This document shows positions 49,201-57,213 of a DNA stretch of 64,000 nt, one piece after another; within the stretch, counting starts at the first letter, position 1, and each line of letters begins with the position of its first letter. Position numbers and translations under genes: made by a program. The notes under the pieces were generated by a model that saw only the letters and a list, made by a program, of their open reading frames with translations, was not told the origin of the DNA and did no database searches. Source of the stretch: an uncultured Prevotellaceae bacterium (GTDB lineage Bacteria > Bacteroidota > Bacteroidia > Bacteroidales > Bacteroidaceae); NCBI GenBank assembly GCA_902769805.1, contig CACXQL010000001.1, positions 7,526-71,525 on the forward strand, written 5' to 3'.

Positions 49201-49952
49201 ATGGAGCCTCGCAAGGCATACTGTCCCGGTTCATAGACATAATCCACCTCCTGAAAGCCAAAGTCATGCAAGGTCGTCGTGATCTCCTCTACACTCACTG
49301 TCTGTCCCTGTTCCAACACCAATGTCCGTTCATTCAACTGTTCCTGCGATACCACCTGTTCTGCAAGAGCCTCAGGGTAGGTGACGATTGAGAGGCCTAA
49401 GGACTGAGGACTAAGGTCTAAGGCTGACCTTTGACCTTCGACCTTTGACCTTTGACCTTCGACCTTTGACCTTTGACCTTCGACCTTTGACCTTTGACCT
49501 TCGACCTTTGACCTTTGACCATTAAGAAATGTGAGGACTTCGGTACGGAGGATTTCGTTGGCGGGGTCACGTTGGGCATATTTGATGGAACGACGGTAGG
49601 AAGAGGGGAAGAACAATACCCTCTCCATTCCTAGCATCTGTTTGAGGTCGTGATAGAAATAGCCTGCCTCCTCTTCGTCGGAGAGGATGATTAATTGAAA
49701 ATTGAAAATTAACCTTTGACCTTCGACCTTAGACCTTTGACCTTTGTCCTTTGACCTTTGACCTTCCACCTTTGACCTTTGACCTTCGACCTTTGACCTT
49801 TGACCTTCCAAGGCAGCGAAGAGCATGGGGGCAGAAGAGGCAACAAGACCTTCGAGGAAAATCGTTTTTACCGATTTTTCCTCGATGGCTTTGCGTAGGG
49901 CTTCCACCTGGGGACCATGCCCATATAACTCTACTAATTCCTGTATCGTCAT
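46248..49952 (-). CDS. mfd: Transcription-repair coupling factor with six in-frame repeat insertions
   Basis: RGSILDVY, GDYVVHVDHGIG, CGDVGFGKTEVA, DEEQKFGV, TATPIPRTL, QMRGRVGR, DLDIRGAGNLLG. Confidence 0.97.
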   Translation of the reverse strand: MTIQELVELYGHGPQVEALRKAIEEKSVKTIFLEGLVASSAPMLFAALEGQRSKVEGQRSKVEGQRSKDKGQRSKVEGQRLIFNFQLIILSDEEEAGYFYHDLKQMLGMERVLFFPSSYRRSIKYAQRDPANEILRTEVLTFLNGQRSKVEGQRSKVEGQRSKVEGQRSKVEGQRSALDLSPQSLGLSIVTYPEALAEQVVSQEQLNERTLVLEQGQTVSVEEITTTLHDFGFQEVDYVYEPGQYALRGSILDVYSFSSEYPFRIDFFGDDIDSIRTFEVEDQLSRDRKSQISIVPELSKDEGQRSKVKGQRTKDEGQRTKDEGQRSKDEGQFSIFNFQFSIFNYLPEGTLVVAKDLQYVHDAIDRTYQETGDTVPLIDGNQFMEAIASYKKIEFGHRPMEKPDATLTFHTTLQPLFHKNFDLLRESFSDFQSKGYHLYVLADSKKQLQRLEEILSENSENSENSEHSEHSEHSENSTLNYQLSTINYITTALHAGFVDHDLQLCVFTDHEIFDRFHKYTLRSDKARSGKVALTLKEIRQFEVGDYVVHVDHGIGKFGGLVRMPITQSSQSSQSSPNTQSSPSYQEMIKIIYQGGGAIYVSIHSLYKVSKYKAQDNGEPPRLSQLGTGQWERMKERTKSKIKDIARDLIKLYAARRKEKGFAFSADSFMQHELEASFLYEDTPDQLKATNEVKADMEQARPMDRLVCGDVGFGKTEVAVRAAFKAACDSKQVAVLVPTTVLAYQHYQTFKERLKNFPVRVDYLTRARSAKQTKELLQDLADGKIDIIIGTHRLIGKTVKFKDLGLLIIDEEQKFGVSTKEKLRQMKTSVDTLTLTATPIPRTLQFSLLGARDLSIIQTPPPNRYPIHTEIHTFGPEIIADAINFELSRNGQVFFVNPRINDLRRIADMIHRYVPEARIAIGHGQMKPDELEQVVYDFINYDYDVLLSTTIIENGIDIPNANTIIINGAHHFGLSDLHQMRGRVGRSNRKAFCYLLAPPLADLPQESRRRLEALENFSDLGSGIQIAMQDLDIRGAGNLLGAEQSGFIADLGYETYQKILNEAVKEIASEFSEYSENSEYSEQFVSEASVDTDLALYFPDQYVPSDSERMLLYRELDNLHTDEQLAAYRSRLIDRFGPVPQVGEELMRVVPLRRLGQQLGCEKIMLKQGRMTLFFVSNPDSPFYQSPAFDAILSFVAQNPRRCQFRDLHNKRSLLLSDIPSVESALSLLQSIKWE

Positions 49953-49991
49953 TATATATAATCCTTCCCCTTAAGGGGGAGTCTGAGGGGG

Positions 49992-50753
49992 CTACTGGTC
50001 GGGGTTCTCTACGTAGCCCTGATATTCGGGAGTGAGGGCAGACATGATGGCTTCTGCAGACTGCGCCATCGTTTGCTGGACATTCTCCAAGCCCTGTCCC
50101 TTCGGATATATCGGTTGATGAATCGTCAGCGATAACGGATGCCAGTTCACGAAATGCCAGTCACGCATTCGGGGCATTACATTAAAGGAACCATTGATTG
50201 TCATCGGGACAATGGGTAACTGTAACTCATCCGCCAAAGCAAAAGCACCCTTCTTAAACGTACTCATGTGACCCGTGAAACTACGGGCACCCTCCGGGAA
50301 CACCACAACACTGCAGTTACCTGTCTCTAAGATATGACGCGCAGCCTTATAGGTCGCCCTCACCTTTGCCGTACCTCTCCGATCCACAAAGATCTGATGC
50401 GACTTGGCACAGGCATAACCGACAAACGGGATCTTCTTCAGCTGGTATTTCATCATCCACTTGAAGTTACGTCCCAAGAAACCGTATATCAGGAAGATAT
50501 CAAAGGCACCCTGATGATTCGCCACAAAGACATACGACTGGTTCTCCTCCAGATGTTCACGTCCCTCTACCTTGACAGGCAACAGGAACACATAGGCAAT
50601 CACCCTCGCCCACCAGCGACCAGGATAATAGCCCCAATAGTGACCATCACCTATGGTACATCCTATGCCCACGACAAGGGCTGTCCATATCGTCATCACT
50701 ATCGTGACTGGGATAGCGACAAATACCTGATAGATCCGATAGAGCACCTTCAT
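49992..50753 (-). CDS. 1-acyl-sn-glycerol-3-phosphate acyltransferase (PlsC family)
   Basis: NHQGAFD, FVDR, FPEGARS, FKKGAF. Confidence 0.9.
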   Translation of the reverse strand: MKVLYRIYQVFVAIPVTIVMTIWTALVVGIGCTIGDGHYWGYYPGRWWARVIAYVFLLPVKVEGREHLEENQSYVFVANHQGAFDIFLIYGFLGRNFKWMMKYQLKKIPFVGYACAKSHQIFVDRRGTAKVRATYKAARHILETGNCSVVVFPEGARSFTGHMSTFKKGAFALADELQLPIVPMTINGSFNVMPRMRDWHFVNWHPLSLTIHQPIYPKGQGLENVQQTMAQSAEAIMSALTPEYQGYVENPDQ

Positions 50754-50811
50754 GAATGATATCTTAAACTATAAACTTTAAACTCTTTAAACTGACTTTA
50801 AACTATCAACT

Positions 50812-51555
50812 TTAAACTTTCCTCGGGTATTTACGGGTCCAGCCATCCCAACGGAGGCGCATGACACCGAAGAAAGCCTCACCGAAGATGCCACCCGACA
50901 TCTTGGACGTGCCCTCCCTGCGATTGACAAAGATGACAGGGACTTCCTTGATCTTAAAGCCAATCTTATAGGCTGTGAATTTCATCTCTATCTGGAAGGC
51001 ATAGCCCTTGAAACGGATCTTATCGAGTTCGATGGTCTCCAACACACGACGCTTATAGCACTTGAAACCAGCGGTAGTGTCGTGTACCTTGAAGCCTGTG
51101 ACGAAACGCACATATTTCGAGGCGAAATAACTCATGAGGACTCGTCCCATCGGCCAGTTGACGACATTGACGCCACTGACATAGCGACTGCCAATAGCCA
51201 AATCGTAGCCTTCGTCAGCGCAAGCGCTATAAAGTCTGGGAAGGTCGTTGGGGTCGTGACTGAAGTCGGCATCCATCTCAAAGACATAGTCGTAGTCATG
51301 TTCCAATGCCCACTTGAAACCCATGATATAGGCAGTACCGAGTCCGAGTTTTCCACTGCGTTCCAACAGGAACAGACGGTCAGCGAATTCTTCTGCCATC
51401 AGTCCTTTGACAATACCAGCAGTACCATCGGGTGAGCCATCGTCAATCACCAAAATATGGAAATATTTCTCCAAGGAGAATACTGCCCGAATAATCTTCT
51501 CGATATTCTCCTTCTCGTTGTAAGTCGGTATAATAACGATGCTATCGCTCTTCAT
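50812..51555 (-). CDS. Polyprenol monophosphomannose synthase (GT2)
   Basis: IIPTYNEKENI, DDGSPDGT, KLGLGTAY, MDADFSH, GSRY, GYAFQIE. Confidence 0.92.
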   Translation of the reverse strand: MKSDSIVIIPTYNEKENIEKIIRAVFSLEKYFHILVIDDGSPDGTAGIVKGLMAEEFADRLFLLERSGKLGLGTAYIMGFKWALEHDYDYVFEMDADFSHDPNDLPRLYSACADEGYDLAIGSRYVSGVNVVNWPMGRVLMSYFASKYVRFVTGFKVHDTTAGFKCYKRRVLETIELDKIRFKGYAFQIEMKFTAYKIGFKIKEVPVIFVNRREGTSKMSGGIFGEAFFGVMRLRWDGWTRKYPRKV

Positions 51556-51651
51556 TACTTCTTGATTTTGTGTGCAAAATTAAGGCATTTTTTCCAATAT
51601 ACCAAGTATTTTGTTTTTTTCTTTTGAACATTGTTCAAATTAGAGAGGGTT

Positions 51652-52238
51652 CTTCTTCACAACTCCCCAACCCCTCTTGCCCTTTTCTTTCACAACTCCC
51701 CAACTTTTCTTTCACAACTCCCCAACCCCTCTTGCCTTTTTTCTTCACAACTCCCCAACCCCTCTTGCCTAAGAGGGGCTTCAACCTATCCCTAAATCCC
51801 TTTCCTCTCTCGGAAAGGGACTAAAAGTCGTCGTTGCGGAAACGCCGTATTTTTGACGCCGCCTACGCTAAACGCTGGGCGTCGTCAGGACGAGGTTTGG
51901 AGGTCCTCCAATTTGAACGGTTTGGTCGGTTCGGACCATCAAAGGTCCGGCGTGTCTTTTATCTTAAAAAAATTATAATAAAAAACATGGCGAACCCCGA
52001 AGGGGCGAAAGCTTGAGAGCCATACCAAGACTTTGATGGAGGGCGGTTTCTGCCCGGAATCAATTTAGTCCTTGCCTGATCGTATCTTTAGCACGCTTTG
52101 TACCTTTAGGTCAAAGAAAGATTGGCGAGGATTTAGGAGTGGTTGAAGCCCCTCTTAGGCAAGAGGGGTTGGGGAGTTGTGAAAAAACTTTTGGTCCTTT
52201 ACGAAAAGGACGATTGAGGTTGGGAGGTACCCTCCAAT
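51652..52238. repeat. Second mosaic of the same palindromic repeat modules as 38935-39644
   Basis: 51744-51894 is near-identical to 39069-39220; inverted modules at 51931-51955, 52076-52118 and 52141-52183. Confidence 0.88.
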
Positions 52239-52262
52239 CGGTCTATGACCGAAAAAGAAAGA

Positions 52263-53252
52263 TTATTTCGAGTGAAGGGTGATGACGACAATCTCACCAG
52301 GGAGACCTAAGCGGAAGGGAATAAGGGCACCTAATCCCGTGGAGACAAAGAGGGCACGGAGACCCTCATACGTCATACCACCCCACTCCTTATAACTCAA
52401 AGAAGCCGGAGAGAAACCGAAGACATCCGTCTGTCCTCCATGCGTATGACCACTCAACGTCAGTTGTGCATGACACTGGGGCAGGATGAGTTCACGCCAT
52501 GCTGTGGGGTCATGCTGGAGCATGATGATAAAGGGGGTATTGGTTAGCGTTGAGCGGTTAGTGGTTAGCGGAGAAGGAGTAGCGAGGGTCTTGGCGACAT
52601 CGCCACGACGGGGCATGCGCTTGACAGTGCCCCAGTTCTCCATACCAGCGATGACGATAGAGTCACTGTCGCGATGGATGATACGATGTTCATTCATCAG
52701 GAGCGTCCAACCTGTCTGACGCACCAAAGACTGCGTCTTGGCACAGTTGGCCTCTTTCTCTAACGAGTCACAGGGTTGATAGACGGCATAATCGTGATTA
52801 CCTAACACAGCATAGACACCATCTGGGGCTTTCAACCGACTTAACTGAGGCAGGTGGTCAACCAATTCCTCGGGATAGACATTCTGTAAGTCGCCCGTAA
52901 ACACAATCATATCGGGCTTTAAGGCAAGAATACTATCCACAGCGCGTTCCAGCAACCACTCACGACTGCCTGTCATGGTTCCGACATGGGCATCAGAGAA
53001 CTGGACGATGCGATAGCCGTCAAAGGCTTTGGGGAGGTCTTTGCTACTATATTCCACCTGATGTATCTCCAACTGCTGATAGCCTACGAACAAACCATAG
53101 GCAGCAAACAGCATGATGAGTATGGCGGCAGTAATACCGATCTTCTTACCCCATCGTTTGGGACAAAGCCAACGACAGAGGAAGAACACAACGACTGGAA
53201 CGATGACGAAAGCCATCAACAGGAAAAAGGGTACAGCGTAACGAGCGATCAT
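52263..53252 (-). CDS. Membrane-anchored metallophosphoesterase (YkuE-like)
   Basis: SDAH, FTGDL, LGNHD, HDP, SGHTHGGQ; GGTTAGC heptamer insert at ~52541-52572. Confidence 0.9.
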   Translation of the reverse strand: MIARYAVPFFLLMAFVIVPVVVFFLCRWLCPKRWGKKIGITAAILIMLFAAYGLFVGYQQLEIHQVEYSSKDLPKAFDGYRIVQFSDAHVGTMTGSREWLLERAVDSILALKPDMIVFTGDLQNVYPEELVDHLPQLSRLKAPDGVYAVLGNHDYAVYQPCDSLEKEANCAKTQSLVRQTGWTLLMNEHRIIHRDSDSIVIAGMENWGTVKRMPRRGDVAKTLATPSPLTTNRSTLTNTPFIIMLQHDPTAWRELILPQCHAQLTLSGHTHGGQTDVFGFSPASLSYKEWGGMTYEGLRALFVSTGLGALIPFRLGLPGEIVVITLHSK

Positions 53253-53289
53253 TTTGAAAATTGAAAATTGTAGTTCCTCCGACTCCTCC

Positions 53290-54165
53290 TTAGGGTGAGA
53301 GTAAGGGAATTAGGAATTTACGAAGGGTTTCGACAGGGAGGCCGCGACGAGCGGCATAGTCATGGAGTTGGTCTTCCCCAATTTTTCCGATAGAGAAATA
53401 ATGCGCCTCAGGGAGTGCTATCATCAGACCACTGACACTGGCATGAGGTTTCATCGCCCCACTCTCCGTGAGACGGATACCTATCTGTTTGAAGTGTATC
53501 AGTTCGTCCAATACAAAGTTCAGACTGGTGTCTGGCAGAGAGGGATAGCCAACAGCAGGACGGATGCCCTGAAACTTCTCGGCATGCAGTTCTTCCATAG
53601 TCAACTGCTCGTCAGGGGCATAACCCCAATCCTTTCGACGTACCTCTTCATGGAGTTTCTCTGCTGCTGCCTCCGCCAAGCGGTCCGCCAACAACTGAAC
53701 CATCATCTTCATATAGGCATCCTGGTCGAAGTCTTTCTCCAACCCATGATCGACACTGGTGGCAAAGACCCCTATCTTATCGTGATCAGGATGAATGAAG
53801 TCAGAGAGGCAGAGGCAGTCCCCATGTTGCTGACGCAACATGGGCATGTCTAAGGTCTGAGGTCTAAGGTCTAAAGACTCTGAACCTTTGTCCGTTGACC
53901 TTTGACCTTCGACCTTTGACCTTTGACCATTGTCCGTTGACCTTTGACCTTTGACAGAAATAACGATATCATCGTTATGACTATGGCAGTCGAAGAGTTC
54001 AAAGAGGGCATAGACCTGATACCTGGCATCAAGTTGACGGAGGATATCCTCTGCCTCAGCCCTATTCTTCTGTTGTTCGACAGGGTCGTGCAACTGCCAC
54101 GCATGATAGAAATACGCCCAGTTGATATAGGGTTGTAAGTCGTGTATGCGATAGGTACGTATCAT
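53290..54165 (-). CDS. Stand-alone B12-dependent methionine synthase activation domain protein, with heptamer insert
   Basis: YINW, LRQQ, CLSDFI, LADRLAEAAAE, GIRPAVGYP, PHASVSG; insert at 53849-53955. Confidence 0.88.
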   Translation of the reverse strand: MIRTYRIHDLQPYINWAYFYHAWQLHDPVEQQKNRAEAEDILRQLDARYQVYALFELFDCHSHNDDIVISVKGQRSTDNGQRSKVEGQRSTDKGSESLDLRPQTLDMPMLRQQHGDCLCLSDFIHPDHDKIGVFATSVDHGLEKDFDQDAYMKMMVQLLADRLAEAAAEKLHEEVRRKDWGYAPDEQLTMEELHAEKFQGIRPAVGYPSLPDTSLNFVLDELIHFKQIGIRLTESGAMKPHASVSGLMIALPEAHYFSIGKIGEDQLHDYAARRGLPVETLRKFLIPLLSP

Positions 54166-55505
54166 CTGAAAGCGATCTCTTCTCCGATATAGTTAGTATC
54201 CACGTTCCCGTCCATATAAACGGAATGTCCGTTACAGAGTGTGCGCTCCACACGCCATGAGAAGGTATGACCTTCCATCGGACTCCATCCGCACTTACTC
54301 AGAATACTGTCGGGTGTGACTGTCCAAGGGGTGTTCGGACGCACCAATACCAGGTCTGCCCGATAACCACGACGGATAAAGCCTCTGTTCCGCACCTCAA
54401 AGAGACGTGCCGGGTTATGACACATCAGTTCGACGAGTCGTTCCAAGGACAACACGCCCTGATCAACCAATTCGAGCATGGTCACCAGCGAGAACTGAAT
54501 CATCGGCATACCACTGGCTGCCTTCACACAGCCCCCTTCCTTCTGAGACAACAGATGAGGGGCATGATCGGTACCTATCACGGTGATACGCCCATCAGTC
54601 AGTGCTTGTCGCAAGGCTTCCCTGTCATTCGCTGTCTTGATGGCAGGATTACACTTGATACGAGTACCTAAGCGCTGATAGTCAGCGTCAGAAAAATAGA
54701 GGTGGGAGATCACCGCCTCAGCGGTGATCAGAGAGCTCGGAGCAAAGAGTTCCAACTCTTTGCCCGTCGTGAGATGAGCAACGTGCAGGCGGGTATGATG
54801 CTTCTGTGCCAGTTCTACCGCCAGTCTCGTACTCTCATAACAAGCCTCTTCACTACGTATCTCCGGATGATGCGTCACATCAGGGTCCTCCCCATACTGT
54901 GCCTTTGCCATTGCCATGTTACGGTTGATGATACTTGTATCCTCACAATGTGCCATAAGGGGTAACGGGGTTGTCTTGAAGATACGCTCCAGTGCCTCCT
55001 GGCGGTCAACCAGCATGTTTCCCGTAGAAGAACCCATGAAGAGCTTGATACCAGGAATACGATGGATATCCAATTGAGGGAAAGTATCTACATTATCATT
55101 CGTGGCACCATAGAAGAAACTGTAGTTGACATGACTCTTCTGACGGGCGATGGCAAATTTCGCTTCCAAAGTCTCTAAAGAAGTAGTCTGAGGATTGGTG
55201 TTAGGCATGTCGAAGAAAGAGGTCACTCCTCCTGCCGCTGCTGCCCTACTCTCCGTATCCATGTCAGCCTTCTCTGTCATTCCCGGTTCCCGGAAATGCA
55301 CATGGTCGTCAATGATGCCTGGGAGGATGTAACAGCCTGACGCGTTGATTAACGCGTCGTCGAAGGTCGAAGGACTAAGACTGCCTTTGACTTTAGTCCT
55401 TTGACCTTTGACAATATCAACGATATTCCCGTCTTCGATAATGATAGTACCATCGAAGGTACGACCTTCATTGACAATCGTTCCACCTTCGATGACTATT
55501 CTCAT
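54162..55505 (-). CDS. pyrC: Dihydroorotase
   Basis: DDHVHFREPG, AAAAGGVT, DMPNT, KLFMG, AHCE, KCNPAIK, TDHAPH; insert at 55360-55412. Confidence 0.92.
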   Translation of the reverse strand: MRIVIEGGTIVNEGRTFDGTIIIEDGNIVDIVKGQRTKVKGSLSPSTFDDALINASGCYILPGIIDDHVHFREPGMTEKADMDTESRAAAAGGVTSFFDMPNTNPQTTSLETLEAKFAIARQKSHVNYSFFYGATNDNVDTFPQLDIHRIPGIKLFMGSSTGNMLVDRQEALERIFKTTPLPLMAHCEDTSIINRNMAMAKAQYGEDPDVTHHPEIRSEEACYESTRLAVELAQKHHTRLHVAHLTTGKELELFAPSSLITAEAVISHLYFSDADYQRLGTRIKCNPAIKTANDREALRQALTDGRITVIGTDHAPHLLSQKEGGCVKAASGMPMIQFSLVTMLELVDQGVLSLERLVELMCHNPARLFEVRNRGFIRRGYRADLVLVRPNTPWTVTPDSILSKCGWSPMEGHTFSWRVERTLCNGHSVYMDGNVDTNYIGEEIAFR

Positions 55506-55511
55506 GACATC

Positions 55512-56288
55512 TTATTTCTGTGGGATATTGGTCAGCGGATTCGTGGCTGCCGTAGAGGAGGGAGTTTGAACTTCCTCAGGCTGTTCACCCAATCCATTCA
55601 TCCGTTTCTCATTCTCCTGAGCCGTCTGGTAATAGTCTTTCACATAAGGATCCTCCTTGAAGCGCTTGGTCGCCTTCGACATGATATCCTCAATCTGTGG
55701 AGTAAGTATCGGATAACGGTACTGACTGGTAATCATCATGAAGACACCAGGTCCCAAGACATTGTCAAAATTCTCCTCGATAAACTTCATGACGAGACGG
55801 TCTTCCTCCTGCGCAATCTTATTTGCCTCCATGGAGAGTTGTCGGTTGATGACCTCCTCATCAATACCTTCCAGCATCATCTGACTCTGCTTATGGGAGA
55901 GCTCGTTCATCTGGTTAGTCAGCTGATTGTGCTTGTCAATAAACTTATAGAGGGAGTCGTTCATAGGGGTGCCGCCTACAATCTGGCGAACAGGGTCTAT
56001 CGTAATAGTTATCTCGCCTTTCTCCAAGACTACCGGCATGATACTCTCGTCATCCATGTAAAGACTTACCATGCGTACAGTGTCCAACAAACCAGTGAAA
56101 TGGAACTCACCATGTACGACATCACATGAATCTATATTCTTGAATTCATTATTCTTAATCGCCTTGAGATAGAGTTTGTTCCCATCCAATGCCGAGACAG
56201 ACGAAGAACCCTCCACGTTGTATGAACTGGCACACGACGCGAGGATTGTCAAGACAACAGGCAAAAAGAAAAGTTTCTTCATAGACAT
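55512..56288 (-). CDS. DUF4369-like lipoprotein
   Basis: Lipobox LASC; IDSC-x-V-x-HG-x-F-x-F; GGTPMND. Confidence 0.78.
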   Translation of the reverse strand: MSMKKLFFLPVVLTILASCASSYNVEGSSSVSALDGNKLYLKAIKNNEFKNIDSCDVVHGEFHFTGLLDTVRMVSLYMDDESIMPVVLEKGEITITIDPVRQIVGGTPMNDSLYKFIDKHNQLTNQMNELSHKQSQMMLEGIDEEVINRQLSMEANKIAQEEDRLVMKFIEENFDNVLGPGVFMMITSQYRYPILTPQIEDIMSKATKRFKEDPYVKDYYQTAQENEKRMNGLGEQPEEVQTPSSTAATNPLTNIPQK

Positions 56289-56371
56289 TTTACTATTTCA
56301 CGTGCAAATGTACAACGATGGTTTGAAATGAAGAAAAATATTTGCGCAATTTAATATATTTGTGCAAATAT

Positions 56372-56782
56372 TTAGCGTTTTTTTGCCTCTGGATTCTCTT
56401 TTTCCAATTCATTAGCGATTCGATGACTCGTATAGAGCTGGAGAATGGCTGCCAATAACAATACGATAATCCAATTGTTATGTACATATTTAATATATAT
56501 AAGGAAATCCATACCGAAGAAGTTCGCCTGATTGGCAAACATCATCAGGGCGGCTATCAAGAACAGGATATCGCTGATGAGCATGATGCGACGAAGACGA
56601 CGGATGGTAAAGTTCGTACCCTCGTAGGACTGACGCATCTGCATGGATGCGAAAAGCAAAGCACCAGGGGCAAAGACATAGGGAGCCCACGACTGCTGGA
56701 ACACAGAGGCTCCTGCACCTATCACCATCAACATGCCTCCCAACAGCAGAAGGGCGGTCTCTATCTTACTCAACTGTCTCAT
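56372..56782 (-). CDS. Hypothetical membrane protein
   Basis: Four hydrophobic segments; start placed at MRQLS. Confidence 0.72.
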   Translation of the reverse strand: MRQLSKIETALLLLGGMLMVIGAGASVFQQSWAPYVFAPGALLFASMQMRQSYEGTNFTIRRLRRIMLISDILFLIAALMMFANQANFFGMDFLIYIKYVHNNWIIVLLLAAILQLYTSHRIANELEKENPEAKKR

Positions 56783-57113
56783 CGGTAGTCTTGGGGAGTG
56801 TAGCCTCGTCGTCACTGAGTACGAAGATGTCCTCGTCGTCGGCTTTCATGAAATAACGCTCACGGGCAATCTTCTCTATCGCTTTCGGATCACTGTCCAG
56901 TTTACGGATCTGCATCTTGTCATGATTATACTGATCATTCTGACGTTTAATCTCGTCATTCAGTTCCTCTATGCGCTGTTGGTTCTTGAAATGATTCCAC
57001 ACACTATTCTCGTCGAAGAAGCCAATCAGCAAGACGGCGACAACCGTCACCACAGCATATTTCAGCCATGACGAACGATACATTTTAATCAGTATATTTT
57101 TCAGATGCTTCAT
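56766..57113 (-). CDS. Septum formation initiator (FtsB/DivIC family)
   Basis: Single TM, coiled coil, IEKIARERYFMK..DEDIF; start placed at MKHLK. Confidence 0.85.
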   Translation of the reverse strand: MKHLKNILIKMYRSSWLKYAVVTVVAVLLIGFFDENSVWNHFKNQQRIEELNDEIKRQNDQYNHDKMQIRKLDSDPKAIEKIARERYFMKADDEDIFVLSDDEATLPKTTDETVE

Positions 57114-57139
57114 AATTTGATGGCAAAAGTATAAAAAAT

Positions 57140-57192
57140 AATTGAAAATTGAAAATTGAAAATTGAAAATTGCGTTTTTTTTGTTATCTTTG
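57140..57192 (+). promoter_or_regulatory. dnaX promoter region overlapping a TTGAAAA heptamer array
   Basis: (AATTGAA)n followed by TATCTTTG at 57185-57192; divergent TACTTTTG at 57131-57124 on the minus strand. Confidence 0.6.
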
Positions 57193-57213
57193 TGCCAAAA
57201 TTTAATGAATCTT

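Noticed and set aside
46248-49952. Repeat blocks in mfd as assembly artefacts or inteins
   Set aside because: Units are degenerate, short and always frame-preserving, and there are no intein splice motifs; read-level confirmation is still desirable.
53290-54165. Truncated metH pseudogene
   Set aside because: Intact ORF with a 4-bp overlap to pyrC; stand-alone activation-domain genes are known, so no decay is implied.
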